Shown piece after piece: positions 1-13,700 of a stretch of 52,773 bases of DNA. Where the stretch lies: the IMG/VR virus record IMGVR_UViG_3300044675_003531, positions 1 through 52,773 of that record. One strand, written 5' to 3'. The position numbers and the translations under genes are program-made. The notes beneath the pieces were generated by a model. That model was not told the DNA's origin. It searched no databases and saw only the letters and a list, made by a program, of their open reading frames with translations. Position 1 is the stretch's first letter. The number at the start of each line of letters is the position of its first letter. The stretch is from a virus. Taxonomy: Duplodnaviria > Caudoviricetes.

Positions 1-1786
1 GTATAACCAACGGCAAACGCTTATCAAAACATTGTCCGGTCAAGGTAAGGTAACCCAAACGTTTGGTGATGTCTCAACGTTGCTGCGGCCTACGCAGTTT
101 GGCACTCCTGACTTCAAGATGCCTAAACCGATGATTGACCCGGTTCAGTTACGGACAATGACTGATGCAGAGTTGCAAAAAATCATCAAGGCTCCAGCCG
201 CACAAAAAGCAGATGTTGCAGCACAAGCGCGTAAACGTTTAGAGTATTACGCTGACCCATCATATATTGATGCTAATATCCCAGCGGTTGGCGCAGATAT
301 GGGTTTTGGTGGTTCAAAAGGTGCCAAGCCTCTTGAGAATCCAGCGGAATTCTTTCAACAGAATCCTATGTTTCAACAGGGTGTTGGCGGCGAACGCATT
401 CTACCTACTGGCGCGAAACAAGTTGTCAAGTATGTCAATGGCGTTCCTCAAGTTGAATATCAACGACCGCTAAAGGCTGATTATGTAGCCCCAGAAGCCG
501 AGTCACTTAAGTCTGGAATCTTGAATAGGCAGTTAGAGTTTCTAACTAAGTCGATGGATTCTCGTGTTGCTAAGTCAGTAGCAGAAGCCGAAAAAGTTCG
601 ATGGTCAAACCTGTTATCTGGAAAGCAATACGATTGGTACGACAAGATAGCGTCAGCCAAAGCGGCAAAACTTAGGTCGAATGGTTCTGGTGCATCTGAT
701 TCATTACGCCGCCTGTCGATTATGTTGGCGCACAATGACCGTGTTGCTGCATTAGGTCAACGCCAGCGTGAATTCAAACTAACTGAAACTAAAGCATGGA
801 ATGACACGGTCACAGAGTTTGATAAAAATCTAAGTGGCCTTAAAGCAGAACGAGATGCGATGCTCGGTAAAGTTGGTAGTGCCCAAGATGCAGGAGCGGG
901 AGCCACTAGAGCAGCAGCACAACAAGGTGTGGCCCGACTTGACAAAGAAATTCAAAGACTTGAATCTCTCGGTGCCAAAGTTAAAACGCAAAACCTTGGT
1001 GCAGCAAGTGAGGTCATTGGTACTAACTTTACACCTGCGGCTGAACTAGATGCAACGACTATGTATGCTGACCAACAGACTCAACAACAGCAAGCCTTGT
1101 TGGCTGCTCAGATGGGTATGGCAGGACCGCGATATCAGCAACAACCTGCACCGCAAGCACCAGCGCAAGCCCCAATGGTTTTCGCTCCAAACATCAGTCT
1201 TGGAGGTATGGCGGGTGGTGCTGGTATGCCGGGAGCCGCAGCAGCCGCAGGTGGTGGTGGGTTTGCTGGTGGCGGCGGAATACTGCCGCCTACAGGTGGT
1301 AAACCTGCTGTAGATAAAAACGGTAAACCATTAGACCCAGCAGCACAACTTGCAGCAATATTGGCTGCCCTCACCGCAGAAAAAAGTAAAGGCGATGGTA
1401 AAAATACTGATGCTGATGGGTTCTTGATAGATAAAAATCGCAAACGATATAGGCTTGATGCATCAGGTCGTGCTATTTACGTTGATGCAAAGGGTAAAGA
1501 TATTGGCACACCATTACCTGCTGCACCTCCAGTTAAAAAACCTACTGCTGCTACCGCGTCACAAGCGGGTATTCCAGATAACTATGAAGGTTGGGTGAAG
1601 GATGGAAAACCATATACTGGACCTCAGTATCAAGGTTATCCAATGACTCAAGCGCAATTTGAAGAAATGGCTCGGTCTGGTCGCCCAATGAAGCAGTTGC
1701 GTTTACAATATAAAACGCGTAAAACATCATCAAGGCCTGTAAGAGTAACACCGGACTACGGTGACACAAGTAGTTTTGGAGACTAA
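1..1786 (+). CDS. Probable internal virion/ejection protein, 5'-truncated
   Basis: The frame is open from position 2 to the stop at 1786, so the TTG at 32 is probably not the real start. The product is Q/A/G/P-rich and partly coiled-coil, and lies directly upstream of the giant protein. Confidence 0.5.
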   Translation, partial: YNQRQTLIKTLSGQGKVTQTFGDVSTLLRPTQFGTPDFKMPKPMIDPVQLRTMTDAELQKIIKAPAAQKADVAAQARKRLEYYADPSYIDANIPAVGADMGFGGSKGAKPLENPAEFFQQNPMFQQGVGGERILPTGAKQVVKYVNGVPQVEYQRPLKADYVAPEAESLKSGILNRQLEFLTKSMDSRVAKSVAEAEKVRWSNLLSGKQYDWYDKIASAKAAKLRSNGSGASDSLRRLSIMLAHNDRVAALGQRQREFKLTETKAWNDTVTEFDKNLSGLKAERDAMLGKVGSAQDAGAGATRAAAQQGVARLDKEIQRLESLGAKVKTQNLGAASEVIGTNFTPAAELDATTMYADQQTQQQQALLAAQMGMAGPRYQQQPAPQAPAQAPMVFAPNISLGGMAGGAGMPGAAAAAGGGGFAGGGGILPPTGGKPAVDKNGKPLDPAAQLAAILAALTAEKSKGDGKNTDADGFLIDKNRKRYRLDASGRAIYVDAKGKDIGTPLPAAPPVKKPTAATASQAGIPDNYEGWVKDGKPYTGPQYQGYPMTQAQFEEMARSGRPMKQLRLQYKTRKTSSRPVRVTPDYGDTSSFGD

Positions 1787-1795
1787 AAAGTAACT

Positions 1796-4700
1796 ATGGC
1801 AACAGAACAACAGCGTAAAGCATTCCGAGGCGCGTTATCACAGTTACTGAAAAATGAACAATACCTGTTCAGTACGCAGGGCAAAACTCAACTTGCTGAC
1901 TTTTTAAAACAAGGTAAAACGCTAGGCGTTGTTGATGACGACCTTATCAAAGGCATTGAGACGTATAAGTCTAGCCGTTTACAGCAAATTCAAAATACGC
2001 CTCTTGTGAATCCGCAGACTGGCCAGCCTGCACTAAAGGTCAATGCGCGTGGGCAGACAGTTCCTCAAACTGGTAAAGACTTGTTTGTGGGCGGCCAGTT
2101 TGTTCCACAGGCAAATGCACAACAGGTTGCACAGGCTCGTGCCCAACAACTTGGGGAACAAACACAACGTACACAAGCAGACCTTGCACGTCTTAAGGGC
2201 GTTACTGATGTACTTGCACCACCAATGTCAGACGTTGGTGGCAATATGCGTCAGTTTGGCGCAGCAGTGCAAGGTGTCATGGGTGGTATTGGTGAAGGTG
2301 CCAAGGCTACTAACTTGTTGGGCATTGGCTCACTTAGTAAGGCACTTGGACGTGGGCCAATGTCTGCGGCTGAGTTGCAGGCTGGACTACAGCAAACATC
2401 TGTCAATGAACTGACACCAGAAAACGCATTAGAAGACCTTTCCAAACCTGCTCGTTTTGGAGGATTTAGATTTGGTCAAGGTGTAGGTGGAACTATCGGC
2501 GGTATGGTTGGCTCTGAAATTGGAGCCGCCGCTATGACTGCGTCTGGTATTGGTAAGACTGCGGCTGCGCCATTTGTTCTTCCACTCGCTGCTGCGGCTG
2601 CGTCCTTTGGTGGCGGTGCTGTAGCCAACTACCTTAGTGAGGGTGCTATGAAGGGCACCTATGGCGAACAGGGGTACAAAGACGTACTCCGTGCGTTGCA
2701 AGCGGCTGAACAAGAAAACCCCGGCATTGGAATGGCCGCCGATTTTGGAAACGTTCTACTACAGGGAAATCCTGTTTTAACAAGTGGCACAGGTGCCCGT
2801 CAAACACTTGGGATGATTGGTAAGAGTGTTCTTGGTAATGCCCCTTCGTATATCCGTGGCACTGCTAGTCAATTAGGTGCAAATGCACCAAAGATTGCTA
2901 ATGCTATTGAGGCTGGCGTTGCGCTTCCACAGGCTGCTGCGTCTGTTACAAAGTACGACACGTTAGTCAGTAACTTCTTGCGCAAGACTGGAGCCGCTAG
3001 TGGCGAGGCTATTGATAGGTATGCGACATTCACTCCAACTGGTGGCTTAGGTAGTCGCATCAAGCAGTTTGGTCAGTTCTCTAGGGATACGCCCGGAGTC
3101 AATGAGTTTCTTGCTGACGCTATTGGCGAGCAGGCTGTCAACTTTGGTCAGGCTGGTGCTGACTATTACAAAGAACTACGTGAAGCCCAAGAGACGGGTG
3201 CCGAACCACCAAGCGCAACAAAGGCGTTGGCCAACTTGGCATTCGGTTCTCTGTTCATTGGCAACAATAAGATTACTGAAAACTTTGGCGGCAAGGTCCG
3301 TGGTATCGGTTCATTAGGTCTGGACATTGCAGGTAAGGTGCCCGGAGTAAGTCGTGGTGTAGATGCATTACGAAACCGCTATAACGAGAATCTTGCATTC
3401 CAAAACTTGCAGGGTAGACGTGCTGATGTTCTTCGTGGAATTACATCAGAAGCACCAACAGATACTGAACTTGCATCTGGAATACGTTCACGTATTGGAG
3501 TTGCGCCGGGAGCCACTCCTGCTGCGCCGGTTGTTGCCCCAGAAGAACGTCCAATCTCTCTTGGTGCTGGGCGCGTTGCCCTGTGGAATAGCACGTCTCA
3601 GACTGCACGCATTGTCCCATTTGCCTCGGTGTATGGCGGGATTGATGATGCGGCTAATGTTGATGATGGCAAAGCCATTGGTGCTGGCATTTCAACGCTA
3701 GAAACAGTCAACCCTAATCGTGGAATTAATCGATTTATTCCGGGTCAAGGTGAACAGGTTTTACCAACTGAGGGGCCTTCTAAGCAACAAGTTGTTGGTG
3801 CTACTGATACAGGACACGTAATGGTGCGTGAGGTCCCTGTGAGCGCAGAAGGTGGTCGTACACAGTCTCCTGTATACGACATCGTGCGTATAGAAGACCT
3901 TGAGGAAAAGAATAAAGCCCGTGGTTTGGCGATTCTAGAAACGGCTGGCATCCCTGCAAATACTGAAATGTATGAAGCAACTGCAACCGGACCAATGGGA
4001 GGCACTGCCTTTGACCAGATTACTGGATTCCAAAGAGGTGTTGAAGCAATTGGTACTTCTGTAACAACTGCAATCAACAAAGAGTTTCCTACGGTTGTAC
4101 AGTTTGGACAGGGTCAAGAACTTCGTGGACGTATAGTTGGAGTTGAAAACAACAAAGATATCCAGTTCCAGTTGATGACTCCGGGTATGTCTATTGTTCG
4201 TGTTGACCCCGGCAACATCCTTAAAGATGCAACATCACCCAAAGAGCCTATGGCAATTGCTGACATCCTGAGCGAATCAGATTTGTCTGACAAAGCACGG
4301 CCTAAGCCATCTAAAAGTTATGATGTCTTCGATGGTTCACAAACCAAGTTCCATACCGTTTTAGGTGGCAACGTACACCTGACTACTGAACAACAAGCAA
4401 AAATTGGTCCTGCTGTAGCGGCTATTGCAGCAGCCAAACGTGACGCGGCAACACGCTCAACTGACGCACGCATCATCAATCAAGCGGTCACAAACGAAAC
4501 CAACAAGCAACTCAAAGACATTTTTGGTGGACGTGTTCAACCAGTTGATGCAAGAAATGACTATGAGATTGGAACGCCAATCATTGTCAATGGTCCGAAC
4601 GGACGCGAGGTTGGACTTGTTATTGACAATGCGGATGCTGGTCCTGTTGTCCACTTGGATAGCATGGACGGTGACCCTGTAGTTATTCAAGAGTCTGATG

Positions 4701-7700
4701 TTGTCAGTGGAACGCCTATTGCTCGTCCAGAGCCAGAGACGCGTGCTACGACGACTGAGGAATCCAGTGCGGCTATTCCAGCGCGAACTGAACGTGACCT
4801 TTATTCTGAGAACTTCTTCCAAGACATGGCGGATATTACAGATAAAAAAGCAAAGGCGATGTTTATTGCCCGTCAGTTGTTGAAACGTAAAGAAGACGAA
4901 GATGGTGGATATCCTGTACCCCCGGCACTTCAACGCGTCTTGGGTTTTGCAGTAAACGCAGAAGGTAAAGTAAACGCTACTGACGCACAGGTTCAACAGC
5001 GCGTTAATGCTTTGTACAACGCTATGGTGTTCCAGTACAACCGGGCTGGTCGTAGCGCACCAACAGAATCTGAAAAGGCCGAAATCCTTGATGCCCTTAA
5101 CTATCTAGACGATATGGAAAAACAGGCAATGGATGACCCGACCCGTATAAAAACACGGGCACGTCGGCCTGCTACTGGAGCAGCGGCAGCATCTGCGGCA
5201 GCATCTGCAACTACAACAACTCCTATTGCACGACGTACGGCAACAGCAGCAGCAAGACCAGCACGAGCAGCAGTAGCGACACCGGAGCCAGCAATAACAG
5301 TTGAAGGCGCAGATGCGACTGCTTCTACGACTGCTCCAATGCCAGCGGCTGTAGAAACGCCTGCACCTACTGCTGTATCACCTCTAGGATTAAATCCTGC
5401 TGAACAAGCCGTTTATGATGCAGTCAAAAAATTGCTTGAACCTCGACCAGTTGAGGGTAGGCCCCCATTTGTTAACTATGGTGCTGCAATGCTTGAGGCA
5501 TCAGGTAAAGGCAGCGATGACAGAGGTGTTTGGGGTGACCAATCTGACGCATACCGAAAGGCTATAAGAGAATTATTTAAAGAAGCAGATGCTGAACTTA
5601 TAGAACCTAAAGTTGGTGACCCGGTTGAAGCCGACAGTGCAGGTAAATATCCTTTTGACGTGCTTTGGATTAATCCTGCACCTGATGGGAGTTTGCCAAA
5701 AACCGTTGCAAGAGTGATGGGCCCCGGCGTTATTTTTCCTGAATTCGTAATGGGAGAAACAAAGCGTAGCACGTTTCCGCCAAAAATCGGTGTAGGTGTA
5801 CCAGAGGCCGGTCGTGTGCCTGAGCCGTTTACTGATACGGTTGTAGAAACTCCCACCCCGTTAGACCTTACACCTGAGAATCCTGTCGTTGTTGCGGCTG
5901 AACTAGGTGTGACACCGCCAAGCCCAGAAGCAGATGAGAATATTGTAGATAGTCCTGCTGCAAGTGCAGACATTGCATTGACATCATTGCAGGCAAGAAC
6001 GCTTGCTGGACTTGTGCCTTCAGTTAATGGACGCAATGTTTTTGCAACACGCCAACGTGATGGTCAGCCACGACAATATAACCAAGCGCAAGAAATTGTC
6101 CGCAAGTTAATCAAGGGTTTGACATTGACTCGTCAAGAGAAAGCCTTGGCAACAGACCTAGATTTTCCAGATTATGATGGGAATCAGGCTTGGTACAGGA
6201 ACGCTTATCAAGGTATTCAATACCTCAATGATGGTCAAGTACGCGGTATCGTAAGCGGACTTATAACTTGGATGGACCAGTCTCCATCTAATACTTTGCA
6301 AAAAGCCTTGGCGGTTTTGACTGACGGACAAAAATCTAAACTTCAATCTGCCATGTTTATTGACGAAAATGGCAATTTTGATGCTCGGTCATTAGTAATT
6401 TACGGACGTACAGAACGCGGTTTAGTGTTTGGTGCATTGGCGCAATCATCCACAAATACTGCAACCGCTAATGTTGGTGACCTACCAAACCAGATGATTG
6501 CTGGAACCAGTGGCAAGATACAAGATTTTCTTGGTATTGCCAATTTGGATTTTGGTACTTTCCGTGTAACAAGTAAAGCATCGTTCACCGCAGCACTGAC
6601 TGGGATTATGAAAAAAACCCGTCAAGGCAAAACTGAATCTGCTGAAACGCTTGAGATTCAAGCCAAAGCCGTTGCAGATATGTTTGACACATTTGTGCAT
6701 GGAGCAACGGCTAGACGCGTTGACTTGATGATGGAAGGTGTCAACAAGGGATACTTTAGTACACGTAGTCAAGCAGGCCAAGTTCGTACGTTGGCTGGAA
6801 CACGAAGTAGCACTGTAGAGTTCACGCAATCGGTTGAAGAAGACTTGCGGCCTTTGTATAACCGTCTTCGAGAAATACTTGGACTCAGTCGGCAGTCAAA
6901 TTTAGCAACGTATCTCACAAAGCCACAACACGCAGTGGCAGTAGCAAACGCATATGCACAGTTAGCAGAAGAAGAAAGCAAGCGTTTCTATTCAGAACGA
7001 TTGCCAGCATTTGCAAACTTTGATGTATTGCCAGATGTTGTGGATGCTAACGGTGCCCTGCTTAACATCTATGACCCAGACCAACAAACTGCATTGTCTG
7101 TCATCATGGCGTTTAGTGCGGCAGATGTGTCTACATTCGTTCACGAGGTCGCTCACGCATATCTAGAGGCCCTGCCATTACCATTACAGCAAGACATCTC
7201 GTCTGGCTTTAGTAGGTCATTGCGTGCGCCAACACTATCCCACCCGTCGGTCTTGTCATATGAGGTCCAAGAAGAGTTTGCGTATGGTCTTGAAATGACA
7301 TTAGCAAACAGAGCCGATGAATATTGGAAAGGCACTAATCTTGGGGCAGACCGTGGCGCAACAATACCATTGAAAAAAGTATTGAAAGCCGTCAGTGATG
7401 CAGTTAAGGCAACATATGTCTCACTTGTAAATAGCGCGGTAGTCCATGCAGAAGATGGAGTTTTGACTAGGGACTGGGCAGTTCCATATACTAGGTCACC
7501 ACAAGATAATCCAACCGGACGCGTCAAGTTATGGATGAACGCTCCGGTAATCCTACACGATGGTTCTTACGCCATAGTCAAAGAGAGTTTTGGTACAACC
7601 AAAAACGGAAAACGTCTTGTGCGAATCGAACAAAACGCAATCCCAATTGATATTCCTAACGGAGAAATTAAAGCCATTGGTGCGCCCACTAGAGGGTTGA

Positions 7701-10700
7701 CACCGGCTGTGATGCAGATTATGTCTATGTGGATTGGGTACTCCACTGATGCAACCAAAGGAAAGGTTACATCAACACCCGAAGCACGTATGACATCGAT
7801 TGTTTGGGATGGTGACAAGGTAGTTCATATCAATCGTAGTGGCCCTGTTACAAGTGGTGACATTACATCGTCTAATGTCAACAATATTCTTACGGCACTA
7901 GGAATTACAGATATTGCTGACTTGCAGCATCGAATTATCTTTGAACGAGTTGGCCGTGCTGCATTGCGCGATATGAACAATCGTCTGCCAGATATTAACC
8001 GTAAGTTTAGTAATGGCACAGCACCGTTAACTCAAGAAGATAACCAGTTGCGTGCGCTTGCTTCTGCCTATGCTGAAGCAAGACTTGCTGCTCGTTTGAC
8101 GGATGTGGCAAATCGTGGCAACATCACTCAACAGGACCGTGCAAAGAAAGCCATAGCCGGGGCACCTGATTCAACACGCAGTTTAGGTGGACGACGCTAT
8201 TGGGCTGCTGTATCTGCAATCGAACGCCAAATTCATGCAAACCGAAGCGTCCTTGGAACGGTTGCTCGTGACATTGCTGCGATTACTACAAAGAGTCGCA
8301 CCAACTGGGCAATCAAACGTGACGGCAACAAGTTTGCTTATAACTCCCAAACTGGTGAAGTTACCATCGTTAAAAAAGAACGACGTGGTGGTCAAACCCG
8401 AGAGGTTGAATACAAGGTAAACCTAAAGACTGGTGCTGTACAGCGACCGGATACTGCAACACCTGTTATTGTTCCGGACACATTTTATTACCATGACCCA
8501 CAATTCCGAACACGGATGCCGGGCGGTTTGATAAGTGACATCAATGCTCAAGTTGAAACTGACTTGAAAGCGGTTGGTCTGGATGGCGCATACACCATGC
8601 GTGTTGCGGAACCTGAGTTCCATATTGCAAGAGCATTGGTTAGTGTGATGATGCCTGAAGGTATTCCAACTTCTCCAAGCGTTGTCTTCCAGTCTAGTGG
8701 TGTTAGTACTAGAGATAATGAAGAAGCCACTCCAATGGTTCAGTTGTCACGAGACCAGCAGAAAGCGTTTGTCACACCTAGCATTGCGGTAGCACCTGTG
8801 CCCACAGGAAACGCATTGGTGACCATGCAAGAAGCAGAGGCTATTGGTCGTGCTGACCAAGCAATGCAGCAGTCTGCCGGAGTCAAGGTAGTTTCGCAAA
8901 GCCCTGAAGTTCGTCAGCGACAAGCCCAGTTCGTTCAGGGGATTATTGACCGCTTGACGACAGACATTGACAAGAAGTTAGATGCGGCTCGTAGTGTATA
9001 CGAGAAGAAAAACGCTGGTGAAACCCCAGTCTTGTACGCATATGAAGCCTATGAACTACGTGATGTTTACGACGTAGAACGTGGCGAACCAATGACGGAA
9101 ATGGAAGTCACCGAGAGCGGTGAATCCATACCTAAACTGCGTTGGGATGCAAAGGCGATGGACTATGTGCCGGTTACAAAAACCGCCCGTGTTCGTACCA
9201 CTATCTATTCCTACGAAGACCTGACAAAACTTAAGGTGCCAGTAAAGCAATCTGCAAACCTGTACGAGACCGACCGTCATTCATCATCTACTGAATCCAC
9301 AAGCAAGGAATTCAAACGCCTTGAGTTTGGTAGCGACCGCCCAATCTGGATTAACATCAAGGGTAAAGAAGTCCCATCGAAGAACAAGGCCAAAGTTGTA
9401 TCCACAATGGTTGGCAATATTGAAGGTCGTGTCCGTGATGTCGCAACACGATGGACATCTGAATACAACGACGCTCTTGCTGGTGATGCTATTAATCCTA
9501 CAGAAGCATGGAAGCCGCAGGAATTTGATGCTGAAGTCAAAATGCGTGAGTCTGATGGCATTACGATTCTTGCACCAAGTGTCAAGGTTCGTGGACAGGG
9601 ATACGCCATTGACACAGTCGAAGGCAATAAGGGTTGGAACTCTCTGACAACCAAGGAGATAAAGCAACCCCTATCAATTACACAAGCCAGAAAAGAACTG
9701 CTTGACATACGCAAAGTGGATGGCACAGAAAACAAGCACCACGCAATTTCCTATCCAATTGAAGTAGATGCCAAGGGTAAACCATCCAAGTGGGGCTACT
9801 CTCTTATGGTCCGCACTACTGATGTAGACGCGAAGACTGGCACATTCCAATGGAAGATTGAGAACGACTGGGGTCCACTCAACACTGGTTTTGCTTCCAG
9901 TAAGGATGCTCTCAAAGAAGCGCAGATAGAACACGACAAACTGTTTGGTCTTGCTCGTGAAAAGCAAGAAGAAGAAGTGTCTCGGCATATTGCGCGTGAA
10001 GTCATCGACATTATTGACGCTGGACGCAAGGCGTTGGATAAGTGGAACGCGGACAACAACTACAAGTTCACGGCTGAAGAAGCCAATGCAGTCAACATCC
10101 TTCGTCAGTTCCGCTGGTACAAGGGTATGGAGGAGCGTCTCAAGGGCACGTATGGCCAGTTCACAACGGTCATGGCTGATGTTCTTGGTGCAACGTCTCC
10201 ACAGACTCCTGTTTGGCAGAACTATGCCGCTACCCTGTACTTGATGCAAGGCGATAAGGGTGCCCATAGCAGACGTGTCAAACTGTCCGCGCAATCGATT
10301 GCACGCAACCCAGACTTATTGAACTACTTCCCTGATGATTCCAGTCAGAAGAAGGCAATGGTTGTCGTCAAGGCTGATATGAGTAGGACAATAACCGTCC
10401 TAAAAATGCACTCGATACTTGTGAAAGCACTGGACAAGAGTTTCGGAACAAACCCGCAACTTACAGTTGACGGCCTACGAGAGCAGATTGCTGACAGACT
10501 ACGCAGCGTGTATGAGCGGGATGGCGTTGATGATACGTCTGCGGCTGAAGCAGACTTGTTTATGTCGCTGATGGAAAGAGATGTTCCGGCTGCAAAGCGG
10601 CAGGAAACCTTGGACCAATTCAATCGCTACGCTGACAAGTCTCTACCATCCCGTATGGGCGGAACCATCAAGAAGGATACACAGTTCCGGTCCTTTGTAA

Positions 10701-13700
10701 ATGAAGTTGAGGACTGGATATCACCCAAGGGTGAGATTACTAAGTTCGGCGGAAAGACAGCAGTGACCACAAAACTTGCAGACATTCCAAAGGGAATCAA
10801 GTTATCACTGTCTGAAACGATTGTTCCACGCAACCTTGTGACGGGTGCGCTATACGGAAGTAATAGCGGAAACATCCTGATGGCATTGACCAATGAGTGG
10901 TTGACGGTTACGGAAGGCATGAGCGCAAAGGCACGTAACTTTGCAATGAACTTTGTTGGCCTGTCCCGTGGCGCAACCATTGACGTATGGGCCGCTCGTT
11001 TGACCCGTAGGCACCTCAATGAGGTGTACATGGGAGTTTACACAACTCGTGATGGTGAGTCTCGTGTTGAGGACGTAGCGCGTTATGGGGCATGGAGCCA
11101 ACTACCAGAGTCAGAGCGCAAACAGTTCTTCCGTATGAGTCCTCTTCAGGAGCAGGGTGTTGCTGGCGGATACGTTACCAATCTTCCAAAGAAGGTCTCG
11201 TCAAACGGATACTTTACTGAGACGGATGCAGAAACTGACCCTGTCAAATTTGCTCCGGCTAACCGAGAGCAAGTTGATGTAACCAACGCGGAGTTCATCG
11301 GTGAGTTTGGTATGGCTAACCGTGTGTTTGACCGCACGGCTGAACTCATCAATGGATACATCGGAGAAGCCGGGTTCATGTCTCCTGCGGACCTGCAAGC
11401 AGTTGTTTGGTTCGCTGAGAAAGAACGCTGGGTCCAGAACGGTTGGACAACGGCGGCTGGTGCTGGCGGTTCGTTTGAGCAGATGTATCACGAGATGATG
11501 GAACGTGCTGGCGCGTACGAACGTGTCAGTGGAACCGTCTATCAGCCACGTATGAGAATGCGTGGTGCGGCTGCCGCTAACCTATCGGTTGATGAGCAAA
11601 AATCTCTGTTCGATATCGCAACGTGGCCGTTCCTCCGACATCGCCGCGATTCCTATCAGGAAGGCATGGGAGACCTGCAACGAGAAGAACTTGTTGACGG
11701 AACAAACCGCCATCCAGTACAGAGCGTTCAGGCACTGGCCGTTACTGTTAGTAACGACGGTATGTATACAGAGTCTGCTGAAAATGCAAACAAGACAAAC
11801 CTGTCTGTTACATACCTGACTGGCGCAGGCCGTGAAGCCAAGGAGCGTTCATACACAGAGCCGATACCAACAGTCATAGTTCCAGAGGCTGATGCAGACA
11901 TCATGTTCAAGGGCATGACAAATTCAAGCCGGACGATTTACTTGCCTGTCGAGAATAGTAGTCGAGTCCTTTCTGGATTACACAACTATGCGGTTGGCGC
12001 ACGTACATCATTTGGCATTGCTGGCACAAACGGTACTCGATTGTTGGGTACGGGCGTTATTGATGCAGTTGCAATCCTTGATGCTGCTGATGTTCCGGAT
12101 GATGCGCCAGCAAAGGTCAAGCATCAGTCTGAGAAGTATGTCCGCATACAACTCGCTGAGACACAGCCAATGACAGACTCTGACGTTTATCTGTGGAACA
12201 ACAGTGGACGTTCAGAAAAGTTGGATACTCGGACGAATGAATATACATGGGGCTTACCATTACAGGCGTTTGATTCGGCTCCAAGTTTCAACGCTGATGC
12301 TGATAGAGGCGTATCAGAGAATCGTGTTTATGTAGGACAAATACCTCTTGGCGCAATCAAGAATGCTAATGGAAAGAAGGAAAAGAAAAATATCCTTCCT
12401 AAGCCAGCCGGTATTCCTGCGGCGCATCCTGCAAACCGTGTCATGGTTATTGAAAGTACTGCATCATTGTTGTCGGCCATGCGTGATGCCACTGATGTAT
12501 TCATGACAACTACCCGTGCTGTTGCAAGCGCGGATGACCCATACGCATCATTCCTTGATGTGCCTTCCAGTGCTATTGGTAAGGTTCCGATGGGTGAGGC
12601 ATGGAAGAACAGTAAGCCGGACAGCAATATGCGATTTGGCGCATATATGCTTCTGCGGATGCCTGTCGGTGCAGAGCGGTTGATTGCAGGGTCCAGACAG
12701 GCAGCAGACAACGCTCATCGTCGGTTGATGACAAGCCTCCGTGATTCCATGCCGGATGTCGGATACATGGTTCGTATTGACGCAGACGTTCGCGACTGGG
12801 TCAGTGACATCACGGGCAATGTTGGTATGCCATATGTCGAGATTGTCTTCTCGCCAGAAGAGTTCATCCGCAACTACAACCCAATTACTGAGGTAAATGG
12901 AGAGTTGCCAGCAAACGCCGCAGAGCGTAGCGCGTTGTTCAATGCGTACATCAATGGTGACATTGATGCTATACGTGCAGCAGAAGAGAAATTTGCTGAT
13001 GCGTATGAAAGTTGGATGCGCCGTGTTACAACTGACCCAGACCTTAGCGCACAGGTCATGTTGCCGGGTCTGACTGTTTACGACCTACAAGTTATCCCGA
13101 AGGAGAAATTACTAAATGCGCCGTCCATCAGAGAGTTTGCAGTCAGTGAAGTCGAACGACAGGCAGCCAACACAAACATCGGAAATGCCGTTCGCGAATA
13201 CGCAGAAGCCATCGGCAAAACAGTCGATGTCGAAATCACAGACGAGTTCTACGCCAGCCCAGACCAACCAAGAGTTGCTCAACCTGATTCTATCCTCGAG
13301 GATTGGAGCGATTTCCGCGAATATACGGTGATGGCGCAGAGTGGCCGCCCGCGTATTGCGGAGGTCACTGTATCGGCATATGCAGGCGAGAGCCGGATGG
13401 GCTTCCAGAACATCTACTCAGCCGCATTGTCAGACATCCGTAACGGTTCATATGCGGAAGCACAACGCAAGTTCGGAGTGATATCCGAGGCTGCTGGCAT
13501 TGAACTTGAGAATGCGTTCGGTGAGTTTGCTACGTCAATGTCCGCAGACATTACGGCTAGTGTTATCGCCGGTGATGCAAAGCCATCTGTTACCGCAACC
13601 GTTAGTGTTACAGCAGACCGACTAGGAACTGTCATCGGGCGTGCTGCACTGATAGGCCGGAAACTCGGGCAGGCTAACACATTCGTCACTGAGAAGGCAG

